A DNA stretch of 64,000 nt, from the NCBI GenBank assembly GCA_964419675.1, contig CAYQPN010000001.1, positions 173,060-237,059 of the forward strand, in the 5' to 3' direction. The notes under the pieces were generated by a model that searched no databases, was not told the DNA's origin, and saw only the letters and a program-made list of their open reading frames with translations. This DNA is from an uncultured Candidatus Saccharibacteria bacterium (GTDB taxonomy: Bacteria; Patescibacteriota; Saccharimonadia; Saccharimonadales; SZUA-47). Of the stretch, positions 24,611 to 32,128 are shown one piece after another. The position numbers and the translations under genes were made by a program. Position 1 is the first letter of the stretch. Every line of letters begins with the position of its first letter.

Positions 24611-24695
24611 TGGTGGGGATGAAAGGACTTGAACCTTCACGAGTTGCCTCACTAGTTCCTAAGACTAGCGTGTCTACCAATTCCACCACATCCCC
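24611..24695 (-). tRNA. tRNA-Leu (anticodon UAG), class II with long variable arm, CCA encoded
   Basis: The reverse complement folds as a cloverleaf: GGGGATG acceptor, anticodon loop CTTAGGA, variable arm GAG-GCAA-CTC, T-arm GAAGG-TTCAAGT-CCTTT, then CATCCCC-A-CCA. Confidence 0.92.
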
Positions 24696-24770
24696 ATGCA
24701 ATTGTTTAACAATTATAACTTAACAAACCTTAAAATTAAAGGGTTGTATAAGACAAATAATAAAATAGTT

Positions 24771-24779
24771 TGTTATACT
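24771..24779 (+). promoter_or_regulatory. Extended -10 (TGtTATACT) 6 nt upstream of an 18-codon leader ORF
   Basis: TG at 24771-24772, TATACT at 24774-24779 and ATG at 24786. Confidence 0.4.
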
Positions 24780-24785
24780 TGTCGT

Positions 24786-24842
24786 ATGCAAGTTAATAAA
24801 GTAAATAACTCACATATGCAGCCGGGGCAACTTCTTCGGTAA
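24786..24842 (+). CDS. Candidate 18-aa leader peptide MQVNKVNNSHMQPGQLLR upstream of hisS
   Basis: My own translation. The His codon at 24813-24815 sits 5 nt before the 5' arm of the downstream terminator, and the stop codon (24840-24842) begins immediately after that arm. Confidence 0.3.
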   Translation: MQVNKVNNSHMQPGQLLR

Positions 24843-24891
24843 CTTTTATTTTTTGAAAAATTTTAAGCCGGAGAAGTGCCCCGGCTTTTTT
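24820..24891 (+). terminator. Very strong intrinsic terminator/attenuator hairpin 40 nt upstream of hisS
   Basis: 24820-24839 pairs with 24868-24886, giving 19 bp with one bulged A and one G-U pair. The loop is AU-rich and 28 nt long, and the hairpin is followed by TTTTTT. Confidence 0.65.
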
Positions 24892-24929
24892 ATTTGGTTA
24901 GATTAACAAAATATAGGAGAATGAAGTTA

Positions 24930-26222
24930 ATGAAAGTTAGCACAAGCGCTTATAAAGGGGCAAGAGATTTTTACCCAGAAGATAAACTTCGGCAGAAGTT
25001 TCTTTTTGATAATTGGAAAAATGTTGTTGAGAGATTTGGATACGAAGAATATGATGCTCCAATTTTAGAACCTACAGACTTATTCCTGATAAAAGGTAGT
25101 GCGGAAATAATTGAAGAACAGACATACACTTTTAAAGACCGAAGCGACAGAAGTGTAACCATTAGAACTGAAATGACGCCCACTGTCAGTAGAATGGTTG
25201 CAGGTAGACGTCAAGAGCTGGCATATCCGGCTCGCTGGTACTCTATTCCGAACTTATGGCGTTATGAGCGTATGCAAAGGGGTAGGTTAAGAGAATTTTG
25301 GCAGTTGAACGTTGATATGTTTGGGGTTAGTTCAAGAAATGCAGAGCTAGAAATGTTACAGATAGTTGATGGTTTGTTTCAGGAATTTAAAGCTAAACGT
25401 TCTTCATATCTAATTAAAGTCAACAGCAGAGTATTAGTTAATACGATGTTTGAGTTTGTCTGCGGAATGAATGATGAGCAAACTGCAAAGCTGATTCATC
25501 TTACGGATAAAAAAGATAAAATGCCTTCAGCTGATTTCAAAAAAGAAGTAGACAAGATAACAAAAAGCATCAAAAAAACTGAAGACTTAGTTAAGCTGTT
25601 AAATATTAAGGATTTAGCAGACTTACCAGATGAGCTGTTATCTAGCTCTAGTGCTAAAGAACTCCGTGATTTACTAACAAGTTGTAAAAGTAGCGGTATA
25701 AATAATGTAGTTTTTGATATTACTCTTATGAGAGGGTTTGATTACTACACAGATATAGTTTTCGAGGCTTTTGATACTAACCCAGAAAACAATCGTTCAA
25801 TCTTGGGCGGAGGCCGATATGACGGATTGGTTGCGCAGTTTGGGGTTGACCCTATTCCAACTATCGGTTTTGCAGTTGGCGATGTAGTCTTTATGGATTT
25901 CTTAACCACACACAAGCTTATTCCAGTGCTCGGAATTACTCCAGACGTAAGGATTCTAGTTGCTGAGAAAGAATCAACAGCAGATGCTCAAAAACTTGCA
26001 AGTGACCTTCGTGACTTAAGGGTTAAAGTCGCTATAGACTTAACAGAGCGTAAGCTAGAAAAACAACTAAAAGCAGCTGATAAAAGCGGAGTTAAGTATG
26101 TAGTATTTGTGGGAGAAAAGTCAGATATATACACTTTGAAAGACTTAAAAACCGGTAAAGAAGAACGTCATTCAGCTGATAGAATCGCAAAAATCATTAT
26201 GGATACACGCAAGAAGTATTAA
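24930..26222 (+). CDS. hisS: Histidine--tRNA ligase
   Basis: Class II HisRS features (KGARDFYPED, FRYERMQRGRLREFWQ, GGGRYDGL) and a C-terminal anticodon-binding domain. AGGAG lies 9 nt upstream of ATG 24930. The ORF-track start at 24876 would lie inside the terminator. Confidence 0.9.
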   Translation: MKVSTSAYKGARDFYPEDKLRQKFLFDNWKNVVERFGYEEYDAPILEPTDLFLIKGSAEIIEEQTYTFKDRSDRSVTIRTEMTPTVSRMVAGRRQELAYPARWYSIPNLWRYERMQRGRLREFWQLNVDMFGVSSRNAELEMLQIVDGLFQEFKAKRSSYLIKVNSRVLVNTMFEFVCGMNDEQTAKLIHLTDKKDKMPSADFKKEVDKITKSIKKTEDLVKLLNIKDLADLPDELLSSSSAKELRDLLTSCKSSGINNVVFDITLMRGFDYYTDIVFEAFDTNPENNRSILGGGRYDGLVAQFGVDPIPTIGFAVGDVVFMDFLTTHKLIPVLGITPDVRILVAEKESTADAQKLASDLRDLRVKVAIDLTERKLEKQLKAADKSGVKYVVFVGEKSDIYTLKDLKTGKEERHSADRIAKIIMDTRKKY

Positions 26223-26270
26223 GTACGTTGCTAGAAGTACACGGTACGAAATAAAGGTCAAGAAGATAGA

Positions 26271-26306
26271 TACACATATTATACGCTATAGCGTATAATA
26301 TGTGTA
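26271..26306. promoter_or_regulatory. 36-bp perfect palindrome (copy 2), identical to 1055-1090
   Basis: The string is identical, and the flanks (26262-26316 versus 1046-1100) differ at only 4 of 55 positions by my alignment. It lies 53 nt upstream of tig. Confidence 0.6.
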
Positions 26307-26358
26307 AAAAGTACAGGGCAGTGGACAGAACATGACAGAATTGATAGAGTAGAGACTT

Positions 26359-27633
26359 ATGAAGATACACGTGGAGAGAACAAAAAATACTACGGCAGTG
26401 GTTGAAATTTCAGCTAGTTTAGAAGAGTTAACTAGTATAAAAAACAAAGTGCTAAATAAGTTAGCACCAAGAGTTAAGCTATCTGGTTTTAGGGATGGTA
26501 AAGCTCCACTGTCTATGATTGAAAAGTCTGTTGACCAGGCTTTACTGCAGACTGAGTTTTTGGACGAAGCAGTCAACACTTTATACGTTGCTACTTTGCG
26601 AGAAGAACGGATAAGACCAGTAGGACAGCCTCAAGTAGATGTTAAGAAGTTCGTACCTTTTACAACTTTAGACGTAGTTCTAACTATCCCAGTTGTGGGT
26701 GAGCTAATAATACCTAATTACAAGAAGTTTAGCGCCAAACGAGAACAAGTTAAAATTGGCGCAAAAGAAGTTTCTGATGTATTGAAGAATCTCCAGATAA
26801 GAATGGCAGAAAAGAAAGTAGTAGAGCGTGCTGCTAAAAAAAGCGACGAAACGGTAATCGATTTTAGCGGAACTGACGCCAAAGGTGTAGCGGTTAAAGG
26901 AGCAGAGGGCAAAGATTATCCACTGGCTTTGGGTAGCAATACATTCATCCCGGGATTTGAGGACAATGTAATTGGTATGAAGGCTGGAGATGAGAAAACA
27001 TTTACGCTGGCTTTCCCTAAAGATTACGGTGTTAAAGCACTGCAGAACCGTAAAGTAACATTTAAGGTCACAGTAAAGTCTGTAACAGAAGTCATTGAAC
27101 CAAAATTAGATGATGATTTTGCTTCAAAAGTTGCAAATTTTAAAACTATTGATGAGCTTAAAGGAGATATTAAGAAACAACTTGAACATGAACAGTCCCA
27201 TAAGCTGGAAAGAGATTTTGAAGCCGCAATAGTAAATGAACTAACAGATAAAACTAAAGTCGAGATTCCAGAATTATTGCTAAAAGAACAAGAACAGCTA
27301 GTTTTAGATGAAGTAAAGCAAAACGCAGTATACCGGGGAATGACGTTTCAAGAGTACCTTGAAAACCAGGGTATAAAAGAAGAAGAGTTTATAAAAAGAG
27401 AAGTTGCACCCGAGGCTCTACGTAGAGTCAAAGCTGGTTTACTATTAAGCGAAATAGCAGATATTGAAGGAATATTAGTATCGCCTGAGGAGCTAGAGGC
27501 CAGAATGCAACAGCTAAAAGCTCAATACAAAGATCCTGAAATGCAGAAACAGCTAGATTTACCAGACAGTCGTAGAGACATCAATGCTCGCCTGCGCTCA
27601 GAAAAAGTTATCCAATTCATAAAAACGATATAA
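26359..27633 (+). CDS. tig: Trigger factor
   Basis: Ribosome-binding N-terminus (GFRDGKAP), a central FKBP-type PPIase (FIPGFEDNVIGMKAGDEKTF), a C-terminal arm domain and tig-clpP synteny. Confidence 0.9.
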   Translation: MKIHVERTKNTTAVVEISASLEELTSIKNKVLNKLAPRVKLSGFRDGKAPLSMIEKSVDQALLQTEFLDEAVNTLYVATLREERIRPVGQPQVDVKKFVPFTTLDVVLTIPVVGELIIPNYKKFSAKREQVKIGAKEVSDVLKNLQIRMAEKKVVERAAKKSDETVIDFSGTDAKGVAVKGAEGKDYPLALGSNTFIPGFEDNVIGMKAGDEKTFTLAFPKDYGVKALQNRKVTFKVTVKSVTEVIEPKLDDDFASKVANFKTIDELKGDIKKQLEHEQSHKLERDFEAAIVNELTDKTKVEIPELLLKEQEQLVLDEVKQNAVYRGMTFQEYLENQGIKEEEFIKREVAPEALRRVKAGLLLSEIADIEGILVSPEELEARMQQLKAQYKDPEMQKQLDLPDSRRDINARLRSEKVIQFIKTI

Positions 27634-27660
27634 TTAGCACTCGTACTTGACGAGTGCTAA
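27634..27660. promoter_or_regulatory. CIRCE (HrcA operator) TTAGCACTC-N9-GAGTGCTAA upstream of clpP
   Basis: Exact consensus match. TTGACG at 27647-27652 and TAGACT at 27671-27676 (18-nt spacer) mirror the clpC copy. Confidence 0.8.
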
Positions 27661-27747
27661 TTTGATTTGCTAGACTTATCATTAGCAAAGGAATAGTAGT
27701 GCTTGCGGCATCGCCGTCATACGTAATACGTACTACTAAATGCTAAG

Positions 27748-28329
27748 ATGAGTAGCATATTGATACCAACAGTAATAGAAAGTGACGGCCGAGTAGAACG
27801 TGCTTACGATATCTACAGTCGCCTGCTTAAAGAGAGAATTATATTTTTAGGTAGTGATGTAAACCCACATACCGCGAACTTAGTAGTTGCGCAGCTACTA
27901 TTTTTACAGAACGAAGACGCAAAAAAAGATATCCAGATTTACATTAATAGTCCAGGCGGTTCTGTATACGATGGGATGGCGATTTATGACACAATTAAGC
28001 ACATCAAAAACGACGTTTCTACTGTCGGAATCGGTTTGCAAGCAAGTATGGGGGCTTTCTTGTTAAGTTCCGGTACAAAAGGTAAAAGGTTTTTGTTGCC
28101 TCATTCTAAAGTAATGATTCACCAGCCTTCTTCTGGTACACGCGGAAAAGTAACAGATATGGAAATTGATTTGAAAGAAAGCCTAAAGGTTCGAGAGCTT
28201 CTGAATGAGATTTTAGCTGAGAATACCGGTCAGAAACTGTCTAAGATACAAAAAGACGTTGACCGTGACTACTGGATGACCGCAGAAGAAGCAGTTAAGT
28301 ACGGTCTAGTAGATAAAGTAATTAGCTAG
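27748..28329 (+). CDS. clpP: ATP-dependent Clp protease proteolytic subunit ClpP
   Basis: Highly conserved ClpP sequence ([40 protein letters not shown]), consistent with the Ser-His-Asp triad. Confidence 0.95.
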   Translation: MSSILIPTVIESDGRVERAYDIYSRLLKERIIFLGSDVNPHTANLVVAQLLFLQNEDAKKDIQIYINSPGGSVYDGMAIYDTIKHIKNDVSTVGIGLQASMGAFLLSSGTKGKRFLLPHSKVMIHQPSSGTRGKVTDMEIDLKESLKVRELLNEILAENTGQKLSKIQKDVDRDYWMTAEEAVKYGLVDKVIS

Positions 28330-28534
28330 CAGTTAAACTTATCCACACAAAATATTTGACAAACAGTTAATTATCAGAGAAACTGTATGATAAGAAGTAG
28401 AGTACCAGTGAGCAGTGCTACGTTTGTCTCTTAAACGGCACGGAATTAAGCCTCTCGTAGAACCTTCGGCTAGAATATTAACGTAATAATTACAACACAC
28501 TATTTGATCAATAGGGTGAGGAGTATGGACATCT

Positions 28535-31500
28535 ATGCCAAAGACTACCAAGTCAAAGCCAATTGCGCGCGGCGAAAATAAGCGCAAGTTCTTTACCAAT
28601 AAAAAACAAGTTATCGGACTACCAAATTTAGTAGACCACCAAAACAAATCATTTAAGTGGTTTGTTGACGAAGGATTGGGAGAAATATTAAGTGAAATAA
28701 GCCCAATTGACGATTATACGGGTACAAAACTGAGCATTAGGTTTAAACAGTATCATTTTGAAGAACCAAAAATGACTGAAGAGGAAGCGCGTGAAAATAA
28801 CGTTAGTTTTGACGCACCCCTTAAAGCAATAGCTGAACTAACAAATAAGGTTACAGGCGAAGTAAAAGAACAAGAGATTTATTTAGGTGATTATCCATGG
28901 ATGACTAGCCGTGGAACTTTTGTTATTAACGGAGCAGAACGTGTAGTAGTCAGCCAGCTTATCAGAAGTGCTGGCGTTTTCTTCACAGCTGACTCACATG
29001 GTGGCGTTAATTATTACGGCGCGAAAGTTATTCCAGGACGTGGCGCATGGTTAGAATTTGAAACTTCTACATCTGGAGCTATGTTTGTAAAAATAGACCG
29101 CAAAAGAAAAATCCCTGTTACAACTTTGCTTAGAGCGCTAGGGATGAACGAACAACAAATGCGTGATGAGTTTAAGCATGTAGACAGCGGAAAAACTGGG
29201 TATATAACTGCAACTCTTGAAAAAGACCCAGCCCGTGGAGTTAACGAATCTTTAATTGAGGTTTACAGACGGCTTCGACCTGGAGATTTAGCAACTGTTG
29301 ATAACGCAAAAAGTTTAATAGAAAATATGTTTTTCAACTACAAACGTTTTGATTTTAGCCGAGTTGGACGTTACAAGATTAACAAAAGATTAAATTTGGA
29401 CGTTACTAATACCATAGAGAATAGAATCATGCGCCTTGAAGATTTGTCTGCAATTGTAGCTGAAATTATAAGATTGAATAATACGCAGGAATCACCTGAC
29501 GACATCGATAGTCTTGCAAACCGACGCATTAAGCTAGTAGGTGAGCTAGTCCAAAGACAATTTAGAATTGGGCTTCTTAGAATGGAAAGAAACGCTAAAG
29601 ATAGAATGTCTATGAGCGAAATTGAAACTGTCACTCCTTCACAGCTCATTAATGCACGCCCAGTAGTGGCAGCAGTCAGAGAGTTTTTTGCAAGTTCACA
29701 GCTTTCACAGTTTATGGACCAAATTAACCCACTCTCAGAGCTTGCTCACAAGAGACGATTAAGTTCTATGGGACCTGGTGGTCTCTCAAGAGAACGTGCA
29801 GGGTTTGAAGTTCGTGATGCTCACGCTACTCATTATGGTCGTATTTGTCCTGTTGAAACACCTGAAGGTGCAAACATTGGACTTGTATTGAACATGGCAA
29901 TGTATGCTCGCATTAATGACTACGGTTTCATAGAAACTCCTTACCGAAAAGTCATAAATGCGGTCACAGCTAAAGATGCAGTAGGATATACTGCTTCACA
30001 CAATTTAGAAGATATGGCAGGAAAAGTAATCGTCAAAGCAGGTCAAAAAATTACTGCAGATCAAGCTAAAAAACTTGCAGCTGTTAAAGAACGTGTGTCG
30101 TGGCCGGTAAAAGCGGTTGTAACTGACAAAATTGAATACTTAGACGCAGCAGACGAAGAACACGCTGTAATTGCAAGTGCCGGAGAGGAAGTAAATGCCG
30201 ACGGTCATTACTCTTCATCCAGAGTTAGTGCCAGAAAAAATTTGCTTGCAACAGAAGTGGACGCTAACGAAATTAACTACATGGATGCAGCCGATAGACA
30301 AATTATTGGTTCTAGTGCTGGTTTAATTCCTTTTGTTGAAAAGAACTACGTATATCGTTCACTCATGGGTAGCAACCAACAACGCCAAGCAGTACCACTT
30401 ATTGTTCCAGAAAGCCCAATTGTTGGAACTGGCTTAGAGGGTGACGTTGCTATAAACTCAGGTCAAGTAGTATTGGCTGAAGAGGATGGTGAGGTTTTGG
30501 AAGCACACGCTGAAAAAATCGTAATAGCTTATAAAAGCACAAAGAAGTCATATTACCCAGTTCACTTCTTGCGCAGTAACGAAGGAACATCAATCAACCA
30601 AAAAGTGGTTGTAAGTACTGGAGATAAAGTTAAGGCAGGCGACATAATCATTGAAGGTATGTCAATTGACGGTGGAGAGTTAGCACTTGGTAAAAACTTG
30701 ACTGTTGCATTCATGCCATGGCACGGATACAACTTTGAGGATGCAATAGTTTTGTCTAGAAGATTAGTACAAGACGATACTCTAACTTCGATACATATTG
30801 TTGATTACATGACAGAAGTTCGTGAAACAAAACTTGGGCCTGAAATTGTAACTCGAGATATTCCAAATGTGTCTGAGGACGCTCTACGTCACCTTGATGA
30901 AGACGGAATTGTAAGAATAGGAGCAGAAGTTCATCCTGGAGACATTCTGGTTGGTAAAATTACACCAAAAGGTGAGCAAGAACTATCAAGCGAAGAAAGA
31001 CTACTTCGAGCTATCTTTGGTGAAAAAGCTAAAGAAGTACGTGATACCTCGCAGAGAATGAGCAATGGAAAACACGGAAAAGTTGTAGGTGTTAAAGTTT
31101 TCTCAAGAGCTAACGGACACGAGCTAAAAGCTGGAGTAATTATGCAAATCCAGGTATTCGTTGCACAGATGCGAAAAATTTCTGTTGGTGATAAATTAGG
31201 TGGACGTCATGGTAACAAAGGTGTTATCGCAAGAATTCTACCAGTAGAAGACATGCCATTCACAGCAGACGGAACTCCAGTTGATATTGTTTTGAACCCA
31301 CTTGGTGTGCCAAGTCGTATGAACATCGGTCAGTTATTTGAAACTCACCTTGGAATGGCCGCTAAAACTCTTGGATTCAAAGTTGCTAGCCCTTCATTCG
31401 ACGGCGTTTCAATTGAGAAAATTCATGAGTTACTAAAAGAAGCTGGTTTACCTGAAGACGGAAAACAGCAACTTTATGATGGGCATACCGGTGAGCCATT

Positions 31501-32128
31501 CAATGAAAAAACTACAGTTGGTTCTATGTACATGATCAAGCTAAATCACATGATTGTAGACAAGATTCACGCTAGATCTACCGGACCATATACGATGGTT
31601 ACTCAACAGCCTCTTGGCGGTAAAGCACAAAATGGTGGTCAGAGATTCGGAGAAATGGAAGTTTGGGCGCTAGAAGCTTATGGCGCAGCTAACATTTTGC
31701 AGGAAATGCTTACTATAAAATCTGACGATGTTTATGGACGAAGCAAGGCTTACGAATCAATAATCAAGGGCACTGAAATAGTTGGGCCAAAAGTACCTGA
31801 GAGCTTCAATGTTCTTGTAAAAGAACTTCAAGGCTTAGGTCTGAAAGTAGATTTGATTGAAAAAGCCGGCGATAAAGAAGAAATTCTTGATGCAGAAGAA
31901 ATTCTACAAAGCAACATCAAAGACGAAGCAGATCACCCATCAGTAATTGATGTACCTGAAGAAGCGATTTCTGATGTAGACGTAACCGAAGACGCTAAGC
32001 TTGGAGATGATTTTGCAATAGTTGGCGTAGATGACGAAACAGAAGAAGTTATAGTAGATGAAACTGAGGATGCGCACGTAGAGCACGAATATGCCACTGA
32101 CACTGAAGACGAAGGAGAACAGTCATGA
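28535..32128 (+). CDS. rpoB: DNA-directed RNA polymerase subunit beta, with 87-aa acidic C-terminal tail
   Basis: Conserved blocks throughout (GTFVINGAERVVVSQL, RLSSMGPGGL, GRHGNKGV, GGQRFGEMEVWALE). GAGGAG Shine-Dalgarno is upstream. The stop overlaps the rpoC start (ATGA). Confidence 0.97.
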   Translation: MPKTTKSKPIARGENKRKFFTNKKQVIGLPNLVDHQNKSFKWFVDEGLGEILSEISPIDDYTGTKLSIRFKQYHFEEPKMTEEEARENNVSFDAPLKAIAELTNKVTGEVKEQEIYLGDYPWMTSRGTFVINGAERVVVSQLIRSAGVFFTADSHGGVNYYGAKVIPGRGAWLEFETSTSGAMFVKIDRKRKIPVTTLLRALGMNEQQMRDEFKHVDSGKTGYITATLEKDPARGVNESLIEVYRRLRPGDLATVDNAKSLIENMFFNYKRFDFSRVGRYKINKRLNLDVTNTIENRIMRLEDLSAIVAEIIRLNNTQESPDDIDSLANRRIKLVGELVQRQFRIGLLRMERNAKDRMSMSEIETVTPSQLINARPVVAAVREFFASSQLSQFMDQINPLSELAHKRRLSSMGPGGLSRERAGFEVRDAHATHYGRICPVETPEGANIGLVLNMAMYARINDYGFIETPYRKVINAVTAKDAVGYTASHNLEDMAGKVIVKAGQKITADQAKKLAAVKERVSWPVKAVVTDKIEYLDAADEEHAVIASAGEEVNADGHYSSSRVSARKNLLATEVDANEINYMDAADRQIIGSSAGLIPFVEKNYVYRSLMGSNQQRQAVPLIVPESPIVGTGLEGDVAINSGQVVLAEEDGEVLEAHAEKIVIAYKSTKKSYYPVHFLRSNEGTSINQKVVVSTGDKVKAGDIIIEGMSIDGGELALGKNLTVAFMPWHGYNFEDAIVLSRRLVQDDTLTSIHIVDYMTEVRETKLGPEIVTRDIPNVSEDALRHLDEDGIVRIGAEVHPGDILVGKITPKGEQELSSEERLLRAIFGEKAKEVRDTSQRMSNGKHGKVVGVKVFSRANGHELKAGVIMQIQVFVAQMRKISVGDKLGGRHGNKGVIARILPVEDMPFTADGTPVDIVLNPLGVPSRMNIGQLFETHLGMAAKTLGFKVASPSFDGVSIEKIHELLKEAGLPEDGKQQLYDGHTGEPFNEKTTVGSMYMIKLNHMIVDKIHARSTGPYTMVTQQPLGGKAQNGGQRFGEMEVWALEAYGAANILQEMLTIKSDDVYGRSKAYESIIKGTEIVGPKVPESFNVLVKELQGLGLKVDLIEKAGDKEEILDAEEILQSNIKDEADHPSVIDVPEEAISDVDVTEDAKLGDDFAIVGVDDETEEVIVDETEDAHVEHEYATDTEDEGEQS

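Noticed and set aside
24876-24929. ORF-track N-terminal extension of hisS (MPRLFYLVRLTKYRRMKL...).
   Set aside because: It would begin inside the 3' arm of the 19-bp terminator hairpin and has no RBS. ATG 24930 has AGGAG 9 nt upstream, and the protein then begins like other HisRS enzymes.
28525-28534. Alternative ATG at 28525 for rpoB.
   Set aside because: It is out of frame with rpoB (offset 10 nt) and only 1 nt from the GAGGAG Shine-Dalgarno. It opens a short ORF that ends about 57 nt downstream.
32126-32128. Possibility of an alternative genetic code (UGA recoding, as in some CPR lineages).
   Set aside because: All conserved genes are full-length under the standard code. TGA is used as a genuine stop, for example at the ends of rpoB and rsmD, so there is no sign of recoding.
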